Shown here one piece after another: positions 1-12,400 of a DNA stretch of 64,000 bases. This DNA is from a virus (taxonomy: Duplodnaviria; Heunggongvirae; Uroviricota; Caudoviricetes): the IMG/VR virus record IMGVR_UViG_3300049638_000482. One strand, written 5' to 3'. The position numbers and the translations under genes were made by a program. Under the pieces are notes generated by a model, which was not told where the DNA came from, ran no database searches, and saw only the letters and a list, made by a program, of their open reading frames with translations. Every line of letters begins with the position of its first letter. Position 1 is the stretch's first letter.

Positions 1-3000
1 GATGCAGCCCAGGGTATTGCATACAAGACCACCACGGGCTATGTGTATGACTACACCGTTGAGGAGGATGAGGCTAATCTCCCGAGCGGCGTCTCCGCAA
101 GGACCGCCAACCAGAAGGTCGAAGTGATTCTCACCGAGAACGATAACGGCACTATGTCGGTATCCCAGAACACAGGTACTGCTCAGAAGCCCGTTTCCTT
201 CGTCAATGATTATTCCGAGGATGACGCCATCGTTCAGATTGCCGGTAAGAAGAAGCTGACCTCTGATAGCCGTGATGTGGATCTCGCCGCCATCGCAGGC
301 AAGTTCCACTTCACCATTACAGCAGCAAATGGTGCTCCTCTGCCTGTGCAGACGGATGTCACGAACCAAGCTGATGGTACGGTTGACTTCGGTCAGATTG
401 TCTATAGCCAGGGTATTCTCAACGGTAGCAAGCAGAAGACATTCAGCTATCAGGTCAAGGAAACAGGCTCCGTGGCGGGTATTACCAACGACACTGAGAA
501 TGTTAAGGACTTCGCCATCACCATTAAGGATAATGGTAAGGGCGCTCTGACGGCGACACCTAATAAGGCTCTTGGTGACCTGTTCGAGTTCACCAACAAG
601 TACTCCTCGAATGGCGTTGAGATTCCGGTTAACATCACCAAGGTGCTCACCGGTAAGAACCTCAAGAAGGGCGAGTTCTCCTTCCAGGTTAAGAGCGCTG
701 ATGGCACTGTTCTGCTCAAGGGCACCAACGGTAAGGATGCCGCCAGCGGTGAGGCTTCGACCAGTGAGATTGGCAAGCTTCGCTTCCTGCATGAAGGCAC
801 CTACACCTACACCATCATCGAGCAGAACACGGGCGATCAGGGTATTACCTATGATACCTCCAAGTATCAGTTCACCGTCACGGTAACCAATGATGGTAAG
901 GGCAACCTGCAAGCCTCTGTCCACGGTCAGGATGGTGCAAGCGGAACGGCGGTTCATGCCACCTTCAGGAACACCTATAAGCCGGCTCCTGTGGACGTGG
1001 GTATTCGCTCCTCCAAGACGCTTGTCGGTCGTGATATGAAGGCTGGCGAGTTCAGCTTCATCCTTAAGAACGCCATCGGTGAGACCGTCAAGACGGTTAA
1101 TAATTCCGCCGCCAAGGATGGTCAGAGTTCAGTCCTCGATTTCGGCAAGCTCAGCTACGATTATGATAAAATCGCAGATGATGTCGAGATGGGTCTGGCC
1201 GTGCCGGATGCTCAAGGTGGCTACACCTACGGGTATTCAATCTCCGAGGATAAGACCAACCTGCCCGAGGGCATCACAGCTCCTAGTAAGGTTGCATTCT
1301 CTGTGAGGGTGTCTGATGCTGGCAACGGCAAGTTGCAGGCTGAGGTTATCTCCGACGGTAAGACGGTCAAGCAGGATAACGGCATCGCAACCGTTGAAGG
1401 CCTGACCAACCGCTACACTGAGAAGAACAACCCGCTTCAGGTGGAGCTCCGGGGTATTAAGACGCTCAGCGTTGGTGAGGGTCTGACCAAGCCGGATATC
1501 ACGGGTAAGTTCCACTTCACTATCAGCAGTTCTGATGGCGCTCCGATGCCTAGCAAGAAGGACGTCACCAACGATGCCAATGGTAATGTGGCGTTCGGTG
1601 ATGTCACCTTCAATAGCACCGACTTCAAGGAGGGCGAGACCAAGGTCTTCACTTACACTGTTAAGGAAACCGGCACCGTTCAGGGCGTAACCAACGATTC
1701 CGAGTCTACCAAGACGTTCACCGTCAAGGTAACAAGGAAGAACAACACGCTGGCAGCCGTTGTTGCGGATGGTGCTGATACCGCCTTCACCTTTGTCAAT
1801 AAGTACACCGCTTCGCCTGTCAAGGTTGAGATTGGTGGAGATAAGACGCTGTCTGGTCGTGACCAGAAGGCGGGCGAATTCTCCTTCAAGTTGCAAAACG
1901 AGAAGGGTGAGACAGTGGCTAATGCAACCACCTCTACCGATGCCAAGGACGGAAAAGTCGATGACTTCAAGTTCTCCGCGCAGACCTTCTCGAAGCCGGG
2001 TATTTACAATTATCTGGTGTCCGAGGAATCCGGCAACGGGAACGGCATCACCTACGATACCTCCGTGTATAAGGTGCAAGTCAAGGTGACGGATAACGGC
2101 AAGGGTGCTCTGCAGGCTGAGGTTTCCTATCCTGATGGTCAGCAGGGTATTCACTTCAAGAACACCTACAAGCCGGCTCCTGAGACCGTCGCAGTGGATA
2201 TTGCCAAGACCTTGAACGGTCGTGACATGACGAGCGACGAGTCCTTCAAGATTAAGGTCGCTTCTGAGGACGAGGCATCTGAGGGCACCCAGGCGAAGGA
2301 TAAGAAGGATGCGGGTGAGAAGGCCACCGCTAACAGTGCCACTCTCAAGTCCACCGAACTCCTGTTCCAGAACCTTAAGAATGGTGATAAGGGTGTTGCA
2401 CCTGATTATGTCACCTTCACCCAGCCGGGTATTTACCAGTATGCCATTTCTGAGGAGTCTGGTAATGCCGTCGGTGTCACCTATGACCAGTCCGTGTACC
2501 ACGTCAAGTACGTTGTTACGGATGATGGCAACGGTCACCTCGTGGTGCAGACCCTCTTCGGCAAGGATGAGGACAAGCTGTTCGAGTTCAAGCCCTCAGA
2601 GGGTATTCAGCGCCCTGTGGCGGAGTTCGTCAATACCTACACGCCGGATAAGCATAACTCCATCGACGTGGAGAAGTATGATGAGAAGTCCGGACCTCAG
2701 GACGGCGACCGCGACGACCCGAAGGACGCCCTGACAGTTAATGGTGACACCACCATCGACATCAAGGTGACCAACACTGGTGATGAGACTTTGACCGATC
2801 TCACCCTTAACGATGAGACGGTTGAAGGTTCAGGTACTCTGGGTGAGCTTAAGCTCCCTCAGACCACCTTGAAGCCCGGTGAATCCATTGTGGTGAGTGC
2901 CCAGCTCTCGGGTATTGGTCTCGGCGGTTCCCATAGGGATACGGCAACCGTAACTGGCAAGACCCCCGAGGGTAATATGGTAACTGACAAGGATGATTGG

Positions 3001-3186
3001 AACGGCAAGCGTTCCATCATTCCGACTGTGCAGTTGGCTCAGACAGGTGCGAATGCGTCTGTGCTGGGGCTGTTCGCTCTCGCAGTCGCTGGCGTGGGTA
3101 TTGCACTGGTTGAGTCCCGCAGGGTTAAGGCCAGGGCTTCGCGTGGTAAGCACACAGGTTCCTCCATTGGCAAGCACGCCATGTAA
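1..3186 (+). CDS. LAxTG-anchored surface adhesin (5' end cut by window edge) built of tandem pilin-like isopeptide/ester-bond-type beta-sandwich repeats
   Basis: Frame is open from nt 1; first in-window start is GTG at 43. Repeated ~110-aa units show K..AGEFSFxL, GxYxYxIxE and VxVTDNGKGxLQA patterns typical of SpaA/FctA-like Gram-positive adhesin domains. C-terminus is LAQTG + hydrophobic helix + basic tail, a sortase signal. A stem-loop/T-tract terminator follows. Confidence 0.8.
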   Translation, partial: DAAQGIAYKTTTGYVYDYTVEEDEANLPSGVSARTANQKVEVILTENDNGTMSVSQNTGTAQKPVSFVNDYSEDDAIVQIAGKKKLTSDSRDVDLAAIAGKFHFTITAANGAPLPVQTDVTNQADGTVDFGQIVYSQGILNGSKQKTFSYQVKETGSVAGITNDTENVKDFAITIKDNGKGALTATPNKALGDLFEFTNKYSSNGVEIPVNITKVLTGKNLKKGEFSFQVKSADGTVLLKGTNGKDAASGEASTSEIGKLRFLHEGTYTYTIIEQNTGDQGITYDTSKYQFTVTVTNDGKGNLQASVHGQDGASGTAVHATFRNTYKPAPVDVGIRSSKTLVGRDMKAGEFSFILKNAIGETVKTVNNSAAKDGQSSVLDFGKLSYDYDKIADDVEMGLAVPDAQGGYTYGYSISEDKTNLPEGITAPSKVAFSVRVSDAGNGKLQAEVISDGKTVKQDNGIATVEGLTNRYTEKNNPLQVELRGIKTLSVGEGLTKPDITGKFHFTISSSDGAPMPSKKDVTNDANGNVAFGDVTFNSTDFKEGETKVFTYTVKETGTVQGVTNDSESTKTFTVKVTRKNNTLAAVVADGADTAFTFVNKYTASPVKVEIGGDKTLSGRDQKAGEFSFKLQNEKGETVANATTSTDAKDGKVDDFKFSAQTFSKPGIYNYLVSEESGNGNGITYDTSVYKVQVKVTDNGKGALQAEVSYPDGQQGIHFKNTYKPAPETVAVDIAKTLNGRDMTSDESFKIKVASEDEASEGTQAKDKKDAGEKATANSATLKSTELLFQNLKNGDKGVAPDYVTFTQPGIYQYAISEESGNAVGVTYDQSVYHVKYVVTDDGNGHLVVQTLFGKDEDKLFEFKPSEGIQRPVAEFVNTYTPDKHNSIDVEKYDEKSGPQDGDRDDPKDALTVNGDTTIDIKVTNTGDETLTDLTLNDETVEGSGTLGELKLPQTTLKPGESIVVSAQLSGIGLGGSHRDTATVTGKTPEGNMVTDKDDWNGKRSIIPTVQLAQTGANASVLGLFALAVAGVGIALVESRRVKARASRGKHTGSSIGKHAM

Positions 3187-3220
3187 TGTGGATTGTTAGT
3201 CAAGGGTTAGCCTAGTCTGG

Positions 3221-3258
3221 AAAGGTCGCTTCGCTTTGGCGGGGCGACCTTTTTATTA
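3221..3258 (+). terminator. Rho-independent terminator after adhesin gene
   Basis: 9-bp inverted repeat aaaggtcgc / gcgaccttt with a 14-nt loop, followed by ttttatt. Confidence 0.6.
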
Positions 3259-3329
3259 TGATAGATGGTAGCGAACGCTTTTCTTGAAGAAAAGTTATTC
3301 GTCATTCTATTTTTTGAAGGGGTGCTATC

Positions 3330-5066
3330 TTGGCTACAGATGAAGTAACAGGTCGAGAACCCTTGGCTGTGGGCACCATAATTTGCAACGGTCAATACAG
3401 GGTAGATAAAGTCATCAAGAAAAAGGGCATGTCAAGGGTCTACAAAGCCTTCGATTTGCAGCTCCACAAGTATTGGTGCATCAAAGAGGTTCTTCTTGAT
3501 TCCGCCACTCGCGGGACTAAGAGTGAGCGAGCTTTCGGTGAAGAGAGCATTAAGTCACTCCGCTACGAATACTCCCTCATGGGCATGCTTAACATCCCCT
3601 CCATCCCCCGAGCCTTGAACCCTCAGTTGAGTGCTGACGGCAACCGCATCTGGTACCCGTTGGATTGGGTCGAGGGCATTTCAGGCAAGGAGGTCATCGC
3701 CCGTGAGGTGGCTGTCCCCAGTCAGACAGTAATCAAGTGGGGTTGCGCCCTCCTCGAGACTCTCGGGTATTTGCACCAGAACAATATCGTGTACCGCGAT
3801 TTGAAGCCTGAGAACCTCATGATTTCCGACAGAGGCAAGCCGACCGAGCAGATTCACCTTATTGATTTCGGTATCGCTCGCATGATTACCGCCGATACCA
3901 AGAACCAGGATAAGGCTATCGGCACCAAGGGTTATGCCCCGCCTGAGCAGATGGTCAATGGTGCCGCCTTCGATAAGCGTTGGGACCTCTATGCACTTGG
4001 CGTTACGCTTTTTGAGATGGTGACAGGCGTGCCTCCAATCAAGGCTGAGGAGGCTCAGGGTCACAAATGTGATTTCGATACCTTCAAGTTCTCGACAGGC
4101 GTTAGTCAGGGTCTGCGTGATGTCATCCTCAAGGCAACCGCTGAAGATATCAACGATCGCTATCAAACGGCTGAGGAGATGCTTGTGGATATGCGTCGTA
4201 TCGGGCGCTTCGACAGTGATTTTCGTCGCAAGGCCAATACGAAGATTTGGGTGTGCAGAAGCCTAGTTATCGGTGGAGTAATCGTCGCTCTCCTCGCGGG
4301 AGCCGGGTATTACCTTGGCAGCCGCAATGTTTCCGGTCAAATCAAGAATATGGAGGCTGTTGCACAGTCCTCTGGGTCGTTCGAAGACTACAAGAAGCTT
4401 GTCCAAATGGACCCTACGAATATCAGCGCCTATAACGGCATGCTTGATGCAATGAAGCGTGGCGGCACGGTCAGCGAAGAGCAAGAGAAGGAGTTCACCG
4501 GGGTATTAACAGCCAATTTGGCGGATCTTAAGAATGAGGACGGCTACGGTGATTTGGCGTATAACATCGGTAGCATGTACTTCTTCTACTATGGTGACAC
4601 CGACAGTTTGGAAGGACAGCAGGAGGCCAGGAACTGGTTGAATGACGCCATCAAGTACAACTCAAATAACAAGGCGCTCGCCAGCGACTTGTTCGTGGTG
4701 TCAGACTTCCAGAGTAACATTCAAGGTGCCATGCGTGATGGCTCCGATGCGGGCATGTATAAGGCTTCGTGGAGTGCTTTCAACGAGGCGCTTAAGGGAG
4801 CTGGCCAAGCGGGTAGCGATGATGTGATTACGGCAAGCCTGTATAAGTCGGTTGTGGACCTTATCAACAACTATTCCTACAAGCTCGCCCAGGAGGGTGT
4901 TCCTCAGGATGACGTCAATGACATGGTGCGTCAAGCCTCGAATTTCGCATCCAAGAGCAGCGATAATGATTCCACTCGTGTTGCGCAGCTCAAGGAGGAG
5001 ATTCAGAAGGAGCTTCCCTCCATTCCAGATAAAATCTCCATTTCCTACGGCGTCCGCACAAAGTAA
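3330..5066 (+). CDS. Hanks-type Ser/Thr protein kinase, single-pass membrane, with non-PASTA extracellular C-terminal domain
   Basis: TTG start. Kinase motifs: VAIK-like CIKEV, catalytic loop YRDLKPENL (HRD variant with Tyr), DFGIA, GTKGYAPPE. TM helix IWVCRSLVIGGVIVALLAGAGYYLG. About 250-aa helical/TPR-like ectodomain. Confidence 0.85.
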   Translation: MATDEVTGREPLAVGTIICNGQYRVDKVIKKKGMSRVYKAFDLQLHKYWCIKEVLLDSATRGTKSERAFGEESIKSLRYEYSLMGMLNIPSIPRALNPQLSADGNRIWYPLDWVEGISGKEVIAREVAVPSQTVIKWGCALLETLGYLHQNNIVYRDLKPENLMISDRGKPTEQIHLIDFGIARMITADTKNQDKAIGTKGYAPPEQMVNGAAFDKRWDLYALGVTLFEMVTGVPPIKAEEAQGHKCDFDTFKFSTGVSQGLRDVILKATAEDINDRYQTAEEMLVDMRRIGRFDSDFRRKANTKIWVCRSLVIGGVIVALLAGAGYYLGSRNVSGQIKNMEAVAQSSGSFEDYKKLVQMDPTNISAYNGMLDAMKRGGTVSEEQEKEFTGVLTANLADLKNEDGYGDLAYNIGSMYFFYYGDTDSLEGQQEARNWLNDAIKYNSNNKALASDLFVVSDFQSNIQGAMRDGSDAGMYKASWSAFNEALKGAGQAGSDDVITASLYKSVVDLINNYSYKLAQEGVPQDDVNDMVRQASNFASKSSDNDSTRVAQLKEEIQKELPSIPDKISISYGVRTK

Positions 5067-5080
5067 AGGGGTGAGCGGTC

Positions 5081-6481
5081 ATGATTGAACAGTTCGGTTT
5101 GTGGGCGTATAATGATGGCTGGCAGGTGCTTCTGCTGGTGTGCGTGATGCTCGTGGCAGCGGGTATTCTCATGGGTATTCTGTGGAATACCAAGGGTCTC
5201 TCTGACGAGCTTAGCGGTCGCAAGCGTCAGAAGGAGTTGGAGTATCTTCGTCACCGTTTCGCTGAGATGAATGTCCGTTCTCTCGATGAAGTTAATGTTG
5301 CTGACCCATTATCTCATGTTGGTGAGTCTGCTCCCATGCCGTTGACTCCCGCTGGTGGTGCGTTCATACCTAGAGTGGCTCAGCCTTTGGGTGCTGGTAA
5401 GGTGCTTAATGTGGGAGGTGTTGAGGTTTCTCAACAGCAGGTTGCCGCCATTAAGAGTGAGCTTCTCGGTGATGATGAGCCTGCTACAGGGTTCTTCCCT
5501 GATGGGGAGAAGTCTTCTCAGGAGACCGAGGAGACAAAGGGCGCTGAGACCAAGATTCAGCCGGTTAAGGCCGAGGGCGATAAGGCTGAGAGCACGAAGG
5601 CTGAGGATGAGGAGGTCAAGGTTCAGCCGGTTAAGGTTGAGTCGGTAAAGGCTCAGTCCGCTAAGACTGAGGGCGAGAAGGCTGAGGCGGTCAAGGCTCA
5701 GTCCGCTAAGAAGGATAGCACCAAGTCCTCTGATAAGCCCGCTTCTGCTAAGGATATCAGGGCTGACTCCCAGCAGGGTATTAAGTCTACTTCCGTTAAG
5801 CCCTTTGATAAGGATACCAAGGCTGATTCCCAGCAGGCTATCAAGCCCACTTCCCAGCCGGGTATTAAGTCCGTTGAGGATACAGATAAGATTGCTCCCA
5901 TTAAGCCCGCTATGCTGTTGGTGCAGGCCAACGCTGAGAGGGTTGGTAAGATTTATGATGCTGCGAGTGAGAAGGCTAAAGTCGAACAGCCCGCAGCTAA
6001 GGTTGATGAGGTTGAGAAGCCCATCACTTCTAAGAAGGTTGAAGAAGTCAAGAAGCCTTCCACCGTTGATAATCTCCCCGCTTCCGAGCAGTCCACGGGT
6101 CTTCTCGCTCCAGTGGAAGATGATGAGTCTGATTCCACTCCTACGGGTATTTTCGCCCCGGTCAAGGAGGATAAGAAGAGTGAGACCAAGGATGAAAAAC
6201 CTGTTAAGGTAGAATCTGCTTCCATAAAGACTGTTGAGCCTGTCGCTGATGACGCCTCTGAGGGTATTACGGCTCATCTGTCTCCTGAGCCAGCGGACGA
6301 TGATGAGGGTGTAACTACCACGTTCGCTCCTGTTGGTTCCAGGTCTGCTTATCATATGAAAGGCGCGCAATTCATGGGCGAACTTATTTCCACGGGTTCC
6401 TACGATCCGAAGACTGATACAACCAAGCTGGAGGACCCCTCTGGCGATGATAAGGCCACTACAGGTTTTCTTAACGACTAA
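5081..6481 (+). CDS. membrane-anchored low-complexity K/E/A/S-rich repeat protein
   Basis: ATG 14 nt after the kinase stop, RBS aaagggg. N-terminal TM helix. Repeats such as KAEGDKAESTKAE, VKAQSAKTEGEKAE and ADSQQGIK(S/P)TS. No recognisable catalytic motif. Confidence 0.7.
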   Translation: MIEQFGLWAYNDGWQVLLLVCVMLVAAGILMGILWNTKGLSDELSGRKRQKELEYLRHRFAEMNVRSLDEVNVADPLSHVGESAPMPLTPAGGAFIPRVAQPLGAGKVLNVGGVEVSQQQVAAIKSELLGDDEPATGFFPDGEKSSQETEETKGAETKIQPVKAEGDKAESTKAEDEEVKVQPVKVESVKAQSAKTEGEKAEAVKAQSAKKDSTKSSDKPASAKDIRADSQQGIKSTSVKPFDKDTKADSQQAIKPTSQPGIKSVEDTDKIAPIKPAMLLVQANAERVGKIYDAASEKAKVEQPAAKVDEVEKPITSKKVEEVKKPSTVDNLPASEQSTGLLAPVEDDESDSTPTGIFAPVKEDKKSETKDEKPVKVESASIKTVEPVADDASEGITAHLSPEPADDDEGVTTTFAPVGSRSAYHMKGAQFMGELISTGSYDPKTDTTKLEDPSGDDKATTGFLND

Positions 6482-6493
6482 CAGAGGTTTGAC

Positions 6494-9400
6494 ATGAAGC
6501 TATTTAGAAGTTTAGCAGCGGGTATTACCGCCATGGCGCTTATGGCTGTCCCAACCATGGGCGCTTACGCCGTTCAGGAGAGTGAGTCGCCCTCACCTTC
6601 GCCTACGCAGACCACTGAGTCGCCATCGCCTACGCCTACGCAGACCACTGAGTTGCCCAGCAATAGTGATAACAGCAAGACTACCACTGTCGAAGCCAAG
6701 GAGTTCACCGGTTTCTTCGACAAGGTTACCATGCAGCCAGGTAATTCCTACAAGGACGCACAGAATCACCGGTTCTTTGTCAAGGATGGTGAGTCTGCCC
6801 GCTTCTCAGTGAGCCAGGACGATTCGCAAGTCAACCAGCAGGGAGATTCCCAGAGCGATTCGCAAGGCGACCAGCAGGACGCTTCGCAAGGAGACCAGCC
6901 GGGTATTTCTAAGGACGATTCCAAGAGCTCTTCGCAAGGCGACCCCAAGAGCGCTTCGCAAGGTGATTCCAAGAGCACTTTGACCCCCCACATCGATAAG
7001 GTAATCAGCGGCGATAACGGCGTTCAGAGTTATCAGGCGGTTCTCCCCATCGATGAGGGTGGTACCCCAGTATACAGCTTGGATGCTGGCGAGTATAAGG
7101 CTTATCAGACGGAGGGAGAGACTTCCAGCTCTGTTGATGTTGCTTCCATCGCTAACATCCCGTCTTTCGAGGTCAAGACTGATGGCACGGCTCCTGAGGT
7201 TATGGATAATCAGTCTCAAGATGTGAAAGATGGCACTCAGAGCGTGGACAAGGGGTATTCCATCAGTGCCAGCCGCTTCGCCTTTAACGATGCTGACAGC
7301 GGTATTAATGCTAATAGTGTTACGTTGAAGGTCACTAAGGCGGGTTCCGAAGAGCAGTCTTGGGCTTTCGATAAGCCGTTTGATGAGGGCATGTATAGCG
7401 TCAGCGTTCAGGTGGCTGATAACGTTGGCAACCTGTCTCAGCCGTATACCTTCAATCTGAAGGTGTCTGATACCGCCTCAGCGTATAATGCTGTAACGTT
7501 GAAGAGTGGTGACGGCGTGTACTTCCAGAATGAAAAGCCTTCCAAGGATGCCCAGGTGTTTGTCAAGCCAGGCGCACATCTTGGAGTGAGCGTAGCCTCG
7601 GGGTATTCCATCGATTTTAACGGTCAGAATAACCTGACCGGCGACGCCGTGTTGAATATCCCTACCTCGGGTACTGATAGTTTGCCTGTCACTATTAAGA
7701 GTGATGACGGCTCCACCACGGCTCAGTTCGTTGTGTCGCTTGATGACGTTGCGCCTACCATTGATATGGATGCTGTGGAAAGCCAGCACTTCGGTGCCGA
7801 ATATGCTTTCCGTAGGGACGCCATCAAGGTCACGGACGGCAAGTCGGGTATTCACGCCAATGCGTCTGAGAGCGTTAAAATCAGTGTAGATGGTTCTGAG
7901 GTTTCCGGTGATACTGTAACACTCTCGCAGGGCGTTCATAAGGTTGATGTTTCCGCGAAGGATAATCTTGGTAACGCCTCCTCCATGTCCAAGACGGTGA
8001 CAGTCGTGGATAAGGCTTCATTTTCTAGCAAGGTTGAGCAGAGCGTTGATACATCCTACTACAAGGGTGCTGATGGCGTAATTTGGTACAACGGTCGGAC
8101 CCCTCTCAAGATTCAAGTTGCGGACGGGTATTCAATCTACAAGAAGCAGTCGGTTGACGGTCAGTTCGCCAAGGTCAGTGATAATATCGTGTCCGTCGCT
8201 GATGCCGATTCCGGTGAGGTCTACATTGGTTTTGATGCCCTTGACGGTCATCAGACGGAAGACACGCTTCATAAGCTGACTTTCAAGAAGGACGCCGACG
8301 CCCCGACAAGGGAAGGCGGTCAGCTGGGTATTAAAGACATTCTGGTGTCCGACTACACCGAGAAGAATGGTGTCTACAAGAACGGTGCAATGCTCAAGAA
8401 GCAGAGCGATTTGGGGTATTCTGATAAAAATGGCGTGGGTTTGAATTTTGACGCCTCTTACATCAGTACCAACAACAAGACCCAAATACCCCTCAAGGAC
8501 GCCGCAACTCAAGTTTTGCCGGAGGGCGATAATACCGTAAATATCGTGTTTGTGGATTACCTCGGAAATACCGCTAAGAGTACCTACAATCTGCGTGTTA
8601 GTTCTGATTCCAAGATGAGCGTTTCTGGCGTTTTTGACCAGAAAGACGGTTTTATTTCAACCGGTCAAGTACTTTATCGCAAGTCTGACGGCGCGTATCC
8701 TACGTTTACGTACACGGTGCAGAGTGATTCTGGACTTAAGAATGCCACTGCCAACACCGATGTCATTAAGGTGACAGCTGACGGTAATACGGTTCACGTG
8801 GAGTTTCTCAAGGACGGTTCCGCATCCTTTACGGTGACCAATAATTTCGGTGCTTCTGAGGTTGTTCAGGTTTGCGGTGACACAGTACAGGGAAGCGGAG
8901 AATGGTCTTCCGTGAAGACCGCTCAAGCTTTCTCCAGTGGTAACGTCTCCGTGGAAGGCAAGAACAGCTACGCGAATGGTGGTAAGCGTTGGTATGCCAA
9001 CAAGAAGTCGTTCGCCCAGGGTATTAACATCACTCTGACGGACTCCCCGTCTACGAATGCGCCCATCGATGTTAGTAGGACAGCTGAGCTGGGTATTTTC
9101 GTCAACGGTCAGCACGTCAAGGGTAAGTTGATTGACGGCGCCTCCAAGATGATTGGGCTGGCTGATGACGCAGAGCTGGCGGACGGCACAGACTACACGG
9201 TGTCCGTCGAGGTCTATGATATGCTCGGTCAGAAGACAAAGTTGAGTGACCTAGGTGGCTCCGTTTATCATATTGATTCCGAAGCTCCCAAGGCGGTTAA
9301 TGAAAATATCAAGAGCATCTTTGCCAATGAGAACGCTGCCATCGTGCAAGGTCAGACCGGGTATTACGCCGAGGCCAATAACGTCAGCTTGAAGAGTGCA

Positions 9401-12400
9401 GAGGAGCTGAAAGCCCTTGTCACCGATACTGAGTCCGGCGTGAATCGTGTCGAGGTGTATTCCAACGGCTCTGAGGTAAGCTCTTTTGCTAGTGGGGCGA
9501 ACGAGGTCGTTGTCAAGGCCTTCGATAACGTTGGAAACGGTCGTGATATCTACACCTTCTCCCTGACCATTGGCGAGGATAAGGTTGATACCAGCACGTT
9601 CTCCGCCGGGTTGCAGACCGATAAGAGCAAGGTGCAAGCTTACGATGGTAATCTGTACTACAACCTTGAGAATGGTCGCCCGGTGTTCACGGTTAAGTTC
9701 GCTCGCCCCGCTACAGGTATCAAGGGTATTACCTTGTCGAGCAACCTTGAGGTTGTGGGCAGCGTGGATTACGCAACGGCAACCGAGGTGACGGTTAAGA
9801 ATATCGCCGACGGTGTGATGACCATTGCCTTGGTTAATAACCTTGGTGTGTCTTCGGACACGTATACTATCAAGGGCGACGATTGGTCTGGTGTTAAGAC
9901 GGTTGACCTTAATAAGTTCTCTGTCGAAGAGAATCAGGGTTCAGGTGACCTTGGTACACCGTTCAAGAAGGATAGCATTTGGTACTACCAGTCGCTTCAT
10001 GGTGATGCTGGTCGGTCGTTCGAGGGCCTCTTCGGGTATTCAGTGTCCACCGGGGAGAGTAATCTGCCTCTGGGTTCAGAGGGGAATGGCGTAACGGCAA
10101 CCATCAACGGTACTGGTGTGGCGGTCAAGGTCGAAGGAGGAAAGGTTCAGTACGCCGACGATAAGGTCGCTGAGCCGGAAAACAACACCAAGCTCGCTCT
10201 GACGGTTAAGCTGATTGATACTCTTGGCAACAGCAAGGAGTTCACCGCTCAGGGCGATTACCGTGTTGATTCCAATGCGCCTACGTTTAACGAAGCCGAT
10301 AAGACGGCTCTGTTGAAGAGCGTCTTGCAGAAGAGTGATTATGTGTATGTCACTCCTTCGAAGGACGCCACCTATATCCGTGAAGATGAGAACGCCGTCA
10401 AGAGCAGTCTCATCAACCTCGCTAGCGATAGTGACTCGGGTATTCGCGCCGTCAAGCTTTTCACCGATGGCAAGGAGCCCGCTAATGCTGGCGAAGAAAG
10501 CAACGTGGCGGATAGCCTTCCTAAGGGTGAGAGCACACTGGGTATTGTTGCCTTCGATAATGTAGGCAATAAGACAGTGGTTGATTTCGGCAAGATTGTT
10601 GTCACCATGGATACGATTTCCTCTGATGATGTGAGTGGTATGCCTGTTGCAGGTCGTAAGTATTACTCTTCCAATGGTAACCTGTTCTACAATGTCAGTG
10701 AGGGGTTGCCCGAGTTCAGGATGTCTCTGACCAAGAAGCCAGCCTCGGGTATTGGCAAGATTGAGTCTGCAGAGGCGGAAGTCGTAGATATAAATAAGGA
10801 GGAAAGCAGCTTCACACTGCGTGCCAAGGGTGACGGCAAGCTTTCAGTGAATATCACAAACGGATTGGGTGTGACAACCACCGTTGAAATCTCTGGCAAG
10901 AACAGTCACATCAGTGGTGTGATGGGTGACAACACTTGGGAGTCGGTTAAGACGCCTACCGGTGAGGTCGGTGAGGTTGGAGTTAATGCTACACCCAAGG
11001 GTTCAATATTCGCCACTGGTAAGCAGGCCGAGGATGCTGTTAGGTTTGAGTTCTCCCTCAAGGAGGGTGAGAACGCCCCGGTGGACCCCGAGAGCACCGA
11101 GGTTCTCATCAACGGCAAGGAGGTCGCTTCCAAGATTAGTGGTGAGTCAGGTGATACATGGAAGAGCGCCAAGCTCCTCACAGGGGATATTGCTGATGAC
11201 GATCATGTGTTCAACGGTCAAATCAGAATCCATGATGTGGTCGGCAACGTCTTCCCACCCAAGGGTATTGACGGCGTAGCCTTTTACGTTGATAATAAGT
11301 CCCCTGAAATCACCGGTATCAAGGTTTCTGGAGGTTCAACCAGCAGCCCTGATAAGCCAGGTAAGTATACTCAAATCTTCAATACTGAGGGTACTTACAC
11401 CATTACCGCAGATGATGGCTCTGAGGAATGGAGTTCGGGTATTAATACCATTCATTACAAGCTGGTCAACAGTGATGGCTCCACGGTAGAGGAGAAGACT
11501 GTTAGTACCGCAGATGCTGGAAACACCGCTGTGAAAGGTGCCAAGAGCATCGAGGTCAAGACCTCCAATCATTTCCGCGGGTATTTGACCGACGTTTACG
11601 CCGTTGATAATGTCGGCAACCAAGGTCAGAAGGGTATCGACTCTGAGGGTATCATTACCGAGGGTGTGACCCTCGACGGTGACCAGGGTATTGGAATCGA
11701 TTTGCCCGGGACGCCCTATCATGATGCCTCTGGCAATCCGCTGTATAGCGGCGATGTCAAGATTGGTGTCAAGAGTCGCATGAGTTGGTCTGGCTTCGGG
11801 GATGCCGGTGTCAGTGTGAACGGTAAGGAACTGTCCCATTGGTCTTCCAATGCGTTCTCCCAGTTCATTGATAGCGTGTTCGGTGTCATTACAGGTGATG
11901 TCCGTGGTGAGGCTACATATGGTACAGAGGGCAACAACCAGCAGATTGTTGCTACCGCCACTGATAAGGCTGGTAAGACCATTACTACGGATATGTTGAA
12001 TGGCCGCAAGGCTCTGTTTAGCATCGATAAGACCGCTCCTAAGATCAGCGTGACATGGAACGATACCAACCCTGATAACCTGTATGGCAAGCCCCGCGTG
12101 GCTACTGTCACAATCAGCGATGTCAATGTCAGTACAGATGGCAGCGTGGTCAAGGCGGTCGATGGTGATTTCAGTGGCTGGAAGAAGGTTTCCGATACAG
12201 AAATCCAAGGTACTGTCACCTTTGGTCGTGATACGCAGAACGCCGAGCTCATCGTTGATAGCGCCGACCTTGCTAACAATAAGGCTGGCCAGTACCACTC
12301 TGAGAAGTTCTTCATCGATACGACCAAGCCTGTCTTGTCGGTCACCAGCAGCGGAAATCCGAAGAACGGTAAGTACTACAATACCAATAGGGTATTCACC

